From: an uncultured bacterium
GTDB taxonomy: Bacteria > Auribacterota > JACPWU01
Direction: 5' to 3'
DNA: 32,000 nt
Assembly: GCA_964640155.1 (NCBI GenBank)
Contig: CAZXEQ010000006.1
Span: forward strand, 9,013 to 41,012
Shown: positions 7,465 to 16,538 of the stretch, in pieces
Layout of the letters: the number at the start of each line of letters is the position of its first letter
Position numbering within the stretch: the first letter of the stretch is position 1
The notes under the pieces: generated by a model
Told to the model about the DNA's origin: nothing
Databases searched by the model: none
Seen by the model: the letters and a program-made list of their open reading frames with translations, nothing else
Position numbers and translations under genes: made by a program

Positions 7465-8358
7465 TTATTCCCCATATCCTAATCTTTTTAAAGCCCTTTC
7501 ATCATTTCTCCAATCTTTTATCACCTTGACCCAAAGTTCAAGAAAAACCTTTTTTCCTAAAAGATGTTCAATATCTTTTCTACTTTCAGCCCCGATTTTT
7601 TTGAGCATTTCCCCTTTTTTTCCAATCAAGATGGATTTTTGAGAATCTCTTTCAATAAAAATAAGCGCCTTGATAAACCATAACTCTTTTCCTTCTCTTT
7701 CCTTCATCTCCTCAATTTCAACGGCTACAGCATGAGGAACCTCTTCTTCCAAAAAGTCCAAAGCTTTTTCTCGAATGATTTCCTTTACAAAAAACCGTTC
7801 AGGACGATCGGTCAGCTCTCCCTCAGTAAAGAAAGGTTCCCCTTCTTTCAAATTTTCAAAGATACGCATAAGCAATTGATCTAGATTTTCTGAAGTGACA
7901 CAAGAAATGGGAATAACTTCCTTAAATGAATACAATCGCAAAGCTTCATCCATCAGAGGAAGAATCTTTCTTTTATTAACTGCATCCACCTTATTGATAA
8001 GAGCAAAAGTTGTTTTTCCAAAGCTCTGAATATTCTCTATCAATTGTCTATCTTCACTTCCAAAACCAGAATGAACATCCGTCATCAAAAGAATAAGATC
8101 TGCCTCATGAAATGAACTTTTAGCTTGATGCATCATATATTGACCTAAAGAAAGTCTCGACTCATAAATCCCTGGCGTATCTACAAAAATAATTTGACCT
8201 TCAGGTTTAGACAAAACACCTAAGATTTTATCTCGTGTGGTTCCAGGTTTAGAATTAACAATGGAAAGCTTCTCTCCCAACAAACAATTCATAAGAGTCG
8301 ACTTACCCACATTAGGCTTTCCAACAATAGAAACATAGCCAGATTTATACATCATCAC
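7465..8358 (-). CDS. era: GTPase Era
   Basis: G1 GKPNVGKST, G3 DTPG, G4 NKVD and a C-terminal KH domain (VIKDWRNDERALKRLGY). The start is ambiguous: GTG 8358, ATG 8355 or ATG 8352. The string TAAAAGGTGATGATG gives an AAGG(TG) SD, which favours one of the ATGs. Confidence 0.92.
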   Translation of the reverse strand: MMMYKSGYVSIVGKPNVGKSTLMNCLLGEKLSIVNSKPGTTRDKILGVLSKPEGQIIFVDTPGIYESRLSLGQYMMHQAKSSFHEADLILLMTDVHSGFGSEDRQLIENIQSFGKTTFALINKVDAVNKRKILPLMDEALRLYSFKEVIPISCVTSENLDQLLMRIFENLKEGEPFFTEGELTDRPERFFVKEIIREKALDFLEEEVPHAVAVEIEEMKEREGKELWFIKALIFIERDSQKSILIGKKGEMLKKIGAESRKDIEHLLGKKVFLELWVKVIKDWRNDERALKRLGYGE

Positions 8359-8361
8359 CTT

Positions 8362-9144
8362 TTAGTTTTTTGTCTTTCTCACAATGGTTGTAAAAACACC
8401 CCTTAAAATACGAATATCTCTTGAACCCAACTGAGCCCGATGCATAAAATTTCGAATAGATTCCATAAGAGTCTCCGGTTTCCCCTTAGTGAAATAACCC
8501 AGATGCTCTAAAGTATCCTTTAAATGGCCAAACATTCCTTCAAACTCTTTTTGACTCGCAATATCTTTTGCTTGTTTTAAATTTTGAGTTCCAAATCCTA
8601 AGATTTCATGATTCTTTGTTTTAGTAGTTCCTTTCGCCTTTAAACGATCCTTAAGATTTAAACTTGCAACATAAATTTCATAAGCATAAACCATAACTGC
8701 TTGCGCCAAATTTAAAGAAGGAAAACTTGAATGGGAAGGAATGCATGAAATACTTTGGCAAAGGGCTAATTCTTGATTTTCCAAGCCTTGATCTTCTGGC
8801 CCAAAAACAATCGCAACTTTCATTCCAGCAGGTAAAGATCCTATTTTTTCTGCCACTTGTCGAGGAGAAAAAAATTGATTAAATCTTCGTCGTTTTCTAC
8901 GAGTGGTAGCTACAGTCCAATGAAAAGGTTTTATGGCTGTTTTTAAATTTCGAAATATTTTTGCTTTTTTTAGAATGGACATATCCCCTACAGCCATTTT
9001 TCTTGCCTCATCATTTTCAAAATCACAAGGATTCACAAGAATGAGTTGACTGAGACCTGCATTTTTCATAGCTCGAGATACAGAACCAATATTTCCAGAT
9101 TTTATGGTACGAACCAAAACGATTGTAATATCCGAAAGTTTCAT
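8362..9144 (-). CDS. trmJ: tRNA (cytidine/uridine-2'-O)-methyltransferase, SpoU/TrmH family, TrmJ-like
   Basis: The N-terminus ITIVLVRTIKSGNIGSVSRAMKNAGLSQLILVNP closely follows the TrmJ pattern (IVLVE.sH.GNiGs.aRAmK.mGl..L.LV.P). SPOUT knot region: LNLAQAVMVYAYE. Confidence 0.8.
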   Translation of the reverse strand: MKLSDITIVLVRTIKSGNIGSVSRAMKNAGLSQLILVNPCDFENDEARKMAVGDMSILKKAKIFRNLKTAIKPFHWTVATTRRKRRRFNQFFSPRQVAEKIGSLPAGMKVAIVFGPEDQGLENQELALCQSISCIPSHSSFPSLNLAQAVMVYAYEIYVASLNLKDRLKAKGTTKTKNHEILGFGTQNLKQAKDIASQKEFEGMFGHLKDTLEHLGYFTKGKPETLMESIRNFMHRAQLGSRDIRILRGVFTTIVRKTKN

Positions 9145-9209
9145 AGATCTTTAGCCCTGTTTTACTTGCCTTAAGTCGCGCAATTCATTATAGTTAAGAG
9201 AGGAGCGCT

Positions 9210-10160
9210 ATGCTAGCCAAACCTTCAAAAATCAAAGTTGGCTTAGCCCTTGGTGGCGGTGGAGCAAGAGGCTTAGCCCATATTGGCGTCTTAAAAACCC
9301 TTCAAGAAGCAAACATTCCCTTACAACTTATTGCAGGCACCAGCATGGGTGCAGTCATTGGAGGCACTTATGCCTTAACCCCTCATTATCGTACTCTCGA
9401 AGAGAAACTTTTTCGATTTCTTGAAAAAGAAACTTTATTTCGATTAGAATCTTTTTTCAGAAAAAGCGAAGATGATACTCGCCTTGCAGGATTAAAAAGA
9501 CTTGCAAATGTTTTACGTGAAATTTATTTATGGAAAGTAAGATCCAGCAAGAGATGGATGATTGATTCAGTTTTAATTGAAAAAATGATTCATGAACTTG
9601 TAGGAGAAGCCACTTTTCAAGATTGCAAAATTCCTTTTGTAACAATAGCCACCGATCTTTATTCTGGAGAAAGAATCGTTCTGAAAGAAGGTAAATTGAA
9701 AGAAGCTATTCTAGCTAGCTCTGCTATTCCTGGAACACTTCCCCCAGTAGAACTTTATGGCCGACTTCTTGGAGATGGGAGCATTATAGAACCGATTCCA
9801 GTGAATGTTACAAAAGAAATGGGAATGAATCTCGTTATTGCGGTTGATGTAGGACGGGAAGTTAAAAAGAGAAAAAAGTTCCGAAACATGATTGATATTG
9901 TCGTTCAAGCTGAAAATATTAAAAGTTATGAACTAAGTAAAATGAAACTTGCTCCTGCAGATTTAATCATCGAACCCGAAGTAGGACATATCAGTTGGGC
10001 TCATTTTTCAAAAGCCAGAGAATGTATTCGTCGGGGATCTGTTGCTACTTGGAATGCTATTCCTAAACTGAAATTATTAATGGCTGAACAAAAGAGAAAG
10101 AATTTTTTAGGGAAAATATTACCTTTTGGGAAAAAGTCTGAACCTAATAAACTAGCTTGA
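9210..10160 (+). CDS. Patatin-like phospholipase (RssA-like)
   Basis: Oxyanion motif GGGGARG, nucleophile elbow GTSMG (GxSxG) and catalytic Asp in LGDGS. ATG is preceded by AGAGGAG. Confidence 0.88.
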   Translation: MLAKPSKIKVGLALGGGGARGLAHIGVLKTLQEANIPLQLIAGTSMGAVIGGTYALTPHYRTLEEKLFRFLEKETLFRLESFFRKSEDDTRLAGLKRLANVLREIYLWKVRSSKRWMIDSVLIEKMIHELVGEATFQDCKIPFVTIATDLYSGERIVLKEGKLKEAILASSAIPGTLPPVELYGRLLGDGSIIEPIPVNVTKEMGMNLVIAVDVGREVKKRKKFRNMIDIVVQAENIKSYELSKMKLAPADLIIEPEVGHISWAHFSKARECIRRGSVATWNAIPKLKLLMAEQKRKNFLGKILPFGKKSEPNKLA

Positions 10161-10212
10161 ATAAAAATATTTCAAATTCAAAGCTAATCATAACTAAAAA
10201 AAGGATAAAAAC

Positions 10213-11568
10213 ATGAACCCAACGAAAAAAAGAATCATTCTAGCAAGCGGTGCAAGAACTCCCATTGGACATGTCAACAAATCCTTGGCTGACTTAAGAC
10301 CAGATGAACTCGGCACAATGGCTATTAAAAATGTGCTTGAGAAATCAAAAATAGATCCTAATGAAGTAGATGGTGTGCTCTTAGGTTGGGTTGGACAACT
10401 TAGCAATGCACCCAATATTGCAAGAGTTTGTGCTCTCAATGCAGGACTTCCAGAAAAATCCGTTGCTTATACGCTTCATGTCAATTGTGTTTCTGGAATT
10501 GAAGCAGTCGCTTCAGCGGCAAGACAAATTCTGGTAGGAGAAGGCGATGTATTTATTGCAGGTGGTACAGAAAGCATGAGTTCTTTCCCCTACTCCATTC
10601 GAGGCGCACGTCGATATCGAGGACTTAAAACACTCGATGACTTAAAAAAGAATTGGGATCATCTTCTCACCGATCCACATATTGAAATTGGAGACTGCAT
10701 GCTCGAAGGCTTGCGAGACCCCGTCAAAGGAATGATCATGGCTGAAACTGCAGAAATTTTAGCTCAACTCTATGATATTTCTAGAGACGAACAAGATGAT
10801 TATGCAGTACAAAGTTATCGAAGAGCCATTGATGGAATTCGTAAAGGGATTTTCAAATCCTATGTCCACCCTGTTGTTAAAAATGGACAAACGCTTCTAG
10901 AACAAGATGAAAATCCTCTTCAAAGAGAAGCTTTTGTTCTAGATCCTGAAAAAGCTAAAAAAGCTATCCCAATGTTTGATAATGAAGAATATCCTTTTAA
11001 GAAATTTTGGGATACTTATGGACATGAAATTCCAGGTAAAAAATTCATAGAAGGAAAAACAAAAGGGACTATTACACCTTTCAATTCATGTCCAAGAAGC
11101 GATGGAGCTGCTGCTGTCATCGTAGCATCTGAAGAGAAAGCAAAAAAATTAAAATTGGACATCATTGCCGAATTGAAAGGCTGGGGCTTTGCCGGAGTTA
11201 ATCCTGCCCTCATGGGAATGGGACCTGCCCACGCAGCACAAAAAGCTCTTAGTTGGATTAATATTCCTTTTGAGAAAATGGATATCATTGAACTTCATGA
11301 AGCATTTGCTGCAGGATGTTTGGCCATTTTTAAAGAGGGAAAGAAAAAATTTAATCATAATTGGGAATCCAAATGGAAAGAAGGTCGTGTGAATCCCTAT
11401 GGAGGGTCTATTGCTCTGGGCCATCCCTTGGCTGCTTCTGGTACACGCATTCTGCTCAATCTAGCTTATGAACTTAAAGCGGATCCCAAAGCAAAAATGG
11501 GTTTGGCAGCTGCTTGTGCAGCCGGCGGAGTTTCAGGAAGTGCAATTTTAGAAAAATATGAAGGATAA
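10213..11568 (+). CDS. Thiolase (acetyl-CoA C-acetyl/acyltransferase family), long form of 451 aa
   Basis: Nucleophile Cys in VNCVSGIEA, plus ELHEAFAA, GGSIALGHPLAASG and C-terminal ACAAGG. It looks ~50-60 aa longer than the typical thiolases I recall, with extra sequence mid-protein. Confidence 0.85.
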   Translation: MNPTKKRIILASGARTPIGHVNKSLADLRPDELGTMAIKNVLEKSKIDPNEVDGVLLGWVGQLSNAPNIARVCALNAGLPEKSVAYTLHVNCVSGIEAVASAARQILVGEGDVFIAGGTESMSSFPYSIRGARRYRGLKTLDDLKKNWDHLLTDPHIEIGDCMLEGLRDPVKGMIMAETAEILAQLYDISRDEQDDYAVQSYRRAIDGIRKGIFKSYVHPVVKNGQTLLEQDENPLQREAFVLDPEKAKKAIPMFDNEEYPFKKFWDTYGHEIPGKKFIEGKTKGTITPFNSCPRSDGAAAVIVASEEKAKKLKLDIIAELKGWGFAGVNPALMGMGPAHAAQKALSWINIPFEKMDIIELHEAFAAGCLAIFKEGKKKFNHNWESKWKEGRVNPYGGSIALGHPLAASGTRILLNLAYELKADPKAKMGLAAACAAGGVSGSAILEKYEG

Positions 11569-11673
11569 AATTAGGGGATTGTGGATAGTAAATTGTTAAA
11601 AACTATGATAATGAGAAATGATAATCAAAATATATTATCTTTTCCATTATTCCCCATCCACATAATAAATAAT

Positions 11674-13092
11674 ATGAAACCACATCCATTTCTCATCGCA
11701 GGTGAGTTTTGTCAATCTAAACAAACAGCAGACGTCATCAATCCATTTGATCAATCTCTTGTCGCTAAGGTCTGTCTTGCTGAGAAGTCTGACATTGAAA
11801 AAGCTATTCAAAAATCGGTAGAAGCTTTCAAAAAATCTAGAAAAATGGCTTCTCACGAAAGAGCTGATTTAATAAAAAAAATTGCTTTAGGAATTGCTGA
11901 TCGAAAAGAAGAGTTAGCTAAAACCATCGTCCAAGAAAATGGTAAGACCATACGCGATTGCCGTATGGAAGTCGACCGCGCTGTGATGACTTTTGAAATT
12001 GCAGCTGAGGAAGCTAAAAGAATAACTGGAGAAGTACTTCCTCTAGATTTAAGACCTGATGCAAAGGATCGATTTGGATTGGTCAAACGATTTCCCATTG
12101 GACCCATCACCGCCATCACCCCTTTTAATTATCCATTAAATTTAGCGGTTCATAAGATTGCTCCCGCCTTTGCCGTTGGGAATCCCGTCATTTTAAAACC
12201 ACCGACAGACACCCCCTTGAGCGCTTTATTATTAGGAGAAATCATCACTCAATGTTCTCCTCTTCCAGGACTTATCAGCGTGGTACCATCTCTTCATGAA
12301 AATTGTGATGCACTGATCACTGATGATCGAATTCAAATGATTAGTTTTACAGGAAGCCCTGATGTAGGGTGGAATATTAAAAAGAAATGTGGCCGAAAAA
12401 AGGTTACTTTAGAACTTGGAGGAAATGGTGGAGTGATTGTTCATGAGGATGCAGATCTCGATCTTGCTGTTTTAAGATGCGTTCGTGGAGCTTTTGCTTA
12501 TGCAGGACAAGTTTGCATTTCTGTACAAAGAATTTATATTCATCAGAAAATTTATAAAAATTTCATTCAGTTATTTCTTAAAGAAATAAAAAAATTAAAA
12601 ATGGGTGATCCCATGGATGAAGCAACAGACATTGGACCTATGATCAAAGAAACACAAGCCATTCGAGCCTGTGAATGGATTGAAGAAGCTGTAAGAGCTG
12701 GTGCTAAGCTTCTTACCGGAGGCAAACGTCGTGGAAGTTTTGTTGAACCTACTGTTCTAGAGAATGTTCCCAAGGGGACCAAGGCATGCGACAAAGAAGC
12801 CTTTGCGCCTTTGGTAGATGTATTTCCATATGAGAAATTTGAAGATGCAGTACAAGCTGTTAATGATACACCTTATGGACTACAAGCTGGCATTTTCACT
12901 CAAGATATCAATCGTATTCTCCATGCTTTCAATGAAATTGAGGTTGGAGGACTCATGGTCAATGAAGTTCCTACCTTTCGTTTAGATCATATGCCCTATG
13001 GAGGAGTTAAACATTCTGGGTTTGGTCGAGAAGGTCTCAAATATGCCATGGAAGAAATGACAGAACCTCGCCTCCTCGTATTGAAAGCTTAA
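11674..13092 (+). CDS. NAD(P)+-dependent aldehyde dehydrogenase family protein (GapN/lactaldehyde/succinate-semialdehyde DH-like)
   Basis: LELGGNG (catalytic Glu), GQVCISVQRIY (catalytic Cys), FTGS and PYG. I place the start at ATG 11674 (MKPHPFLIAGEF...), giving a typical 472-aa ALDH. The ORF track's GTG 11581 would add 31 aa of low-complexity sequence. Confidence 0.85.
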   Translation: MKPHPFLIAGEFCQSKQTADVINPFDQSLVAKVCLAEKSDIEKAIQKSVEAFKKSRKMASHERADLIKKIALGIADRKEELAKTIVQENGKTIRDCRMEVDRAVMTFEIAAEEAKRITGEVLPLDLRPDAKDRFGLVKRFPIGPITAITPFNYPLNLAVHKIAPAFAVGNPVILKPPTDTPLSALLLGEIITQCSPLPGLISVVPSLHENCDALITDDRIQMISFTGSPDVGWNIKKKCGRKKVTLELGGNGGVIVHEDADLDLAVLRCVRGAFAYAGQVCISVQRIYIHQKIYKNFIQLFLKEIKKLKMGDPMDEATDIGPMIKETQAIRACEWIEEAVRAGAKLLTGGKRRGSFVEPTVLENVPKGTKACDKEAFAPLVDVFPYEKFEDAVQAVNDTPYGLQAGIFTQDINRILHAFNEIEVGGLMVNEVPTFRLDHMPYGGVKHSGFGREGLKYAMEEMTEPRLLVLKA

Positions 13093-13098
13093 ACTCCC

Positions 13099-14325
13099 AT
13101 GAAAAAAAGTATTCTCCTCTCCCAATGGATTTTACCTGTTTGCAAACCACCCATTCAAGATGGAGCTATTGTTTTAGAAAATGGAAAAATCTCGGATGTT
13201 GGAGAAGCAAAAAAAATTCTAAAAGAAAATCCAAAATTGGAGGTAGAAGATTTGGGACCATCCATTCTTCTGCCAGGCTTAGTCAATGCCCATACCCATT
13301 TAGAATATTCATGTTTATATGAGCAAATTAAACCTCAGAAAAATTTTTCAGGTTGGCTTCTTGAAATCATTCAACTCAAAAAAAATATTTCTAAAAACCA
13401 AATTGTTTTAGGCATTCAAAAGCATATTATTTCTTTAAAAAAATTGGGAATTATCCTTGTAGGAGAAGTTACAAATACAGGCCTTGCAGCTCCTCTCCTT
13501 GAAGAACAAAAACTCTCAGGTAATATTTATTATGAGCTTGTCGGAGATTGTTCTTTTCAAGAATATTTAAATACCGAGAAAAAACTAAAAGAAGAAGCAC
13601 CTTCATTTCATATTTCTCCAGCCTGTCACGCTCCTCATACTGTCCCATTAGACATTCTCAAAAAAGTTAAAGCATATATTCATCAAAAGAGACTTTATAC
13701 TTCCATTCATCTCTCAGAATCCATGGATGAAAATAAATGGATTCAAAAACTGAATGGGTCTTTCTCTGATCTTATTCAAACCAAAGCTCTTTTACAAAAT
13801 CCTTTTTTTGGGAAAGGACTTAGTCCCACTCAATATTTATATAAAAATAATTTCTTATCCCCTAAGGTTCTTTGCGTTCACTGTGCACATCCCCTTCCCC
13901 AAGACTTTTCTCTACTTAAAAAAACCGGCTCTTACATTGCACTCTGCCCACGCAGCAATCAATACACAGGAACCGGTCTTCCTCCTATTAAAAAACTTTT
14001 AAAATATAAAATACTTCTTTGCCTTGGAACAGATAGTCTGGCGAGTAATGATGATTTAGATTTATGGAATGAAATGAGATTTTTTAAAAAACACTTCCCT
14101 TTTCTTACTCTTCCCTTTATTCTACGGATGGCTACGCTTCATGGAGCCCATGCCCTAGGTTTTGGAAATGAATATGGATCCATTGAAAAAGGTAAAAAAG
14201 CAAAATTAATTTTTATTAAAACAGGAAAAAAACAGGTTCAAGACCCTTATCAATTCTTAATGGCAGAAAAACATGAAATCTTTCATTACAATTCTCACGC
14301 GTTACGCTCGATTAATTCGATTTAG
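13099..14325 (+). CDS. Amidohydrolase of the MTA/SAH / aminodeoxyfutalosine deaminase type
   Basis: Metal ligands HxH in GLVNAHTHLEYS, IHLSESMDE (the H.aE...E signature of this deaminase group), VHCAH, and LGTDSLASNDDLDLWNEM (compare the lGTD..aSNn.ldm..Em pattern). Its position directly upstream of quinone prenylation and methylation genes supports a futalosine-pathway role. Confidence 0.7.
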   Translation: MKKSILLSQWILPVCKPPIQDGAIVLENGKISDVGEAKKILKENPKLEVEDLGPSILLPGLVNAHTHLEYSCLYEQIKPQKNFSGWLLEIIQLKKNISKNQIVLGIQKHIISLKKLGIILVGEVTNTGLAAPLLEEQKLSGNIYYELVGDCSFQEYLNTEKKLKEEAPSFHISPACHAPHTVPLDILKKVKAYIHQKRLYTSIHLSESMDENKWIQKLNGSFSDLIQTKALLQNPFFGKGLSPTQYLYKNNFLSPKVLCVHCAHPLPQDFSLLKKTGSYIALCPRSNQYTGTGLPPIKKLLKYKILLCLGTDSLASNDDLDLWNEMRFFKKHFPFLTLPFILRMATLHGAHALGFGNEYGSIEKGKKAKLIFIKTGKKQVQDPYQFLMAEKHEIFHYNSHALRSINSI

Positions 14326-15127
14326 CCACAGCATCTTTGCTCTCCCCTTTGCATTTGCAAGCGTTCTTCTCGTGTCAAAATATTTTCAAATTCGCTCCAT
14401 TAAAATTCTATGGATCCTCATTGCTATGATTTCTGCTCGCAGTGCCGCCATGGCTTTTAATCGTATGATCGATTCAAAAATTGACGCCTTAAATCCTAGA
14501 ACTGTAAAAAGAGAAATACCTCAAGGCATTATTAGCTGGAAAGGGGCATTAACACTTGCTGTTTCTTCTTCTCTTCTATTCATTTATTCTACTTTTCAAC
14601 TCAACATTCTTTGCGCCATTCTCTCCTTGCCAACACTTATTCTTTTTATATTTTATCCTTACACCAAACGCTTCACTTGGCTTTCTCATTTATTTCTAGG
14701 TTTGAGTTTAGGCCTGGCACCTCTAGGAGCGTGGGTTGCCTTTACCGAAAGCTTGCAAGGTCCTATTTTACTATTGGGGTTGAGTGTTCTCTTTTGGGTT
14801 GCAGGATTTGACATTATCTATTCTACACAAGATGTTGAGTTTGATAAATCTCAAGGTCTCTTTAGCATTCCAGCTCAATTTGGCATTCAAAAAGGTCTTA
14901 AAATAGCCATGATTTTTCACGGAATTGCTTTAAGTCTTCTTATTTGGACAGGCATTCTTTTTCATCTTTCTTTTGCTTATTTTTTAGGATGTTCATTTAT
15001 TGGAGCAATAATGCTTTACGAACATTCTTTGGTAAATCCAACTGATCTTTCAAAAGTTCAAACCGCTTTCAATGCCAATGGTTGGATCAGTCTTCTTTAT
15101 CTTGTGTCTACATGGATGGGATTATGA
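14273..15127 (+). CDS. UbiA-family aromatic polyprenyltransferase (MqnP-like, menaquinone via futalosine; alternatively 4-hydroxybenzoate polyprenyltransferase)
   Basis: About 8-9 TM helices, Asp-rich motif NRMIDSKIDALNPRT and a second motif YSTQDVEFD. The N-terminus IRFSHSIFALPFA resembles the MqnP-type subgroup rather than E. coli UbiA (R.DKPIG). It overlaps the upstream deaminase gene by 53 nt. Confidence 0.8.
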   Translation: MKSFITILTRYARLIRFSHSIFALPFAFASVLLVSKYFQIRSIKILWILIAMISARSAAMAFNRMIDSKIDALNPRTVKREIPQGIISWKGALTLAVSSSLLFIYSTFQLNILCAILSLPTLILFIFYPYTKRFTWLSHLFLGLSLGLAPLGAWVAFTESLQGPILLLGLSVLFWVAGFDIIYSTQDVEFDKSQGLFSIPAQFGIQKGLKIAMIFHGIALSLLIWTGILFHLSFAYFLGCSFIGAIMLYEHSLVNPTDLSKVQTAFNANGWISLLYLVSTWMGL

Positions 15128-15729
15128 CACAAAAAAGACTCGTTATTGCTATCACAGGTGCCAGTGGTATGCTGTACGCTGAAAGACTTCTAAAAGCCCT
15201 TTGTCAAGAAAATCATATCGTTGAACTTATCATGTCAGAGAATGCAAGAGATCTCTTACATTTTGAAATTGGTCTTAAAAAATCTCAAAACATGAAAGAT
15301 TTTTTAGAAAAAAAATATAATCTCTCTTTAAACCCCAAGACCTTCAAAATATTTTCAAACGATGATTTGGCCGCGCCTCCTTCCTCTGGCACGCATCATC
15401 ATGATGGCATGGTGATTATCCCTTGCTCCATGAAAACACTTTCAGCTGTAGCCACAGGAGCCTCTCGAGCTCTCATTGAACGAGCTGCGGATGTTTGCTT
15501 AAAAGAATCTAGAAAATTAATTCTGGTGACACGCGAAACACCTTTGAGTCGAATTCACTTAGAAAACATGCTTCGTGTCACCGATGCTGGCGGGAAAATC
15601 ATGCCTTGTGATCCTGGATTTTATATCAAACCCAAAAAAATTGAAGATCTTGCTGATTTCATCGCAGGTAAAGTTTTAAATCTTTTAGGAATTGAACATC
15701 TGCTTTTTAAACCATGGGGAAATGAATAG
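15124..15729 (+). CDS. ubiX: Flavin prenyltransferase UbiX (prenyl-FMN synthase; MqnL-like)
   Basis: RLVIAITGASG...IIPCSMKTL.A.A.G.....IERAADV.LKE.R.LILV.RETPL. ATG 15124 overlaps the UbiA stop (ATGA at 15124-15127). The ORF-track start at 15082 lies inside the UbiA gene. Confidence 0.9.
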   Translation: MTQKRLVIAITGASGMLYAERLLKALCQENHIVELIMSENARDLLHFEIGLKKSQNMKDFLEKKYNLSLNPKTFKIFSNDDLAAPPSSGTHHHDGMVIIPCSMKTLSAVATGASRALIERAADVCLKESRKLILVTRETPLSRIHLENMLRVTDAGGKIMPCDPGFYIKPKKIEDLADFIAGKVLNLLGIEHLLFKPWGNE

Positions 15730-15776
15730 TCAACGGTTGCCAGTTTTCGGTCTCCAGTAAAACCTTCTCCAAAAAT

Positions 15777-16445
15777 ATGAATAACAAAACAAATATAGCA
15801 AACATGTTTAGTCGAATTGCCGAGCGTTATGATTTGGCCAATGATTTATTAAGTCTCGGGACCCATCGTTTATGGAAAAAAAAAGCCCTTCGACTCTTAA
15901 ATCTTCAACCGAATGACTGTCTTTTAGATCTTTGTTGTGGAACGGGAGATTTTTTAATTCAAGTTCATCAAGGATACGCCATAGGAGCTGATCTTTCTCA
16001 GACCATGCTAAAAGAAGCACATAAAAGAAATTCCCATTTACCCCTTATATGTGCGGATGGAGAAATCCTTCCCTTCCATAATACCTCATTTAACAAAGTT
16101 ATTATCGGTTTTGGCATTCGTAACATCCCTCAAACAGTCAAAGCCTTGCAGGAAATACATCGTGTTTTAAAATCAGAGGGAAGACTTGTCATTTTAGAGT
16201 TTTCAAAACCACGATCGAAATTCTTCTCAAAATTTTATCTTTTTTATCTTAATAAGATTCTTCCTATTATTGGAGGCTGGATTTCAAAAGAAAAATCTGC
16301 CTACGAATACCTCGCTCAAACCATTCAAAGCTTTCCAGACGGAAAAGATTTTTTAAAACTAATGGAAATAAGTGGTTTTACAAAAATAAATGATACTCGT
16401 TTGAACTTTGGAATTGCTTCGATTTACGAAGGGAACAAGCAATAA
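15777..16445 (+). CDS. ubiE: Demethylmenaquinone/ubiquinone C-methyltransferase UbiE/MenG
   Basis: MFSRIAERYDLANDLLSLGTHRLWKK (the UbiE N-terminal signature), the SAM motif LDLCCGTGD, and ILEFSKP...YL..SI..FP. Confidence 0.88.
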   Translation: MNNKTNIANMFSRIAERYDLANDLLSLGTHRLWKKKALRLLNLQPNDCLLDLCCGTGDFLIQVHQGYAIGADLSQTMLKEAHKRNSHLPLICADGEILPFHNTSFNKVIIGFGIRNIPQTVKALQEIHRVLKSEGRLVILEFSKPRSKFFSKFYLFYLNKILPIIGGWISKEKSAYEYLAQTIQSFPDGKDFLKLMEISGFTKINDTRLNFGIASIYEGNKQ

Positions 16446-16538
16446 AGAGGCATCAAATTTTCGGGTTCAGAAGTGCGTGAGTATTCGCAACTTTTTGGTC
16501 ATCCATTGATCAGCCTCTTGTGCATAAGAGAACCCTTC

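Noticed and set aside
11581-11673. GTG start at 11581 giving a 31-aa N-terminal extension on the aldehyde dehydrogenase
   Set aside because: The extension (MDSKLLKTMIMRNDNQNILSFPLFPIHIINN) is AT-driven low-complexity sequence with no ALDH counterpart. The ATG at 11674 gives a typical-length ALDH. The call is uncertain because no strong SD supports either start.
15082-15123. ORF-track start of ubiX at 15082
   Set aside because: It lies inside the UbiA-family gene. The ATG at 15124 gives the canonical UbiX N-terminus (RLVIAITGASG) and forms an ATGA stop/start overlap.
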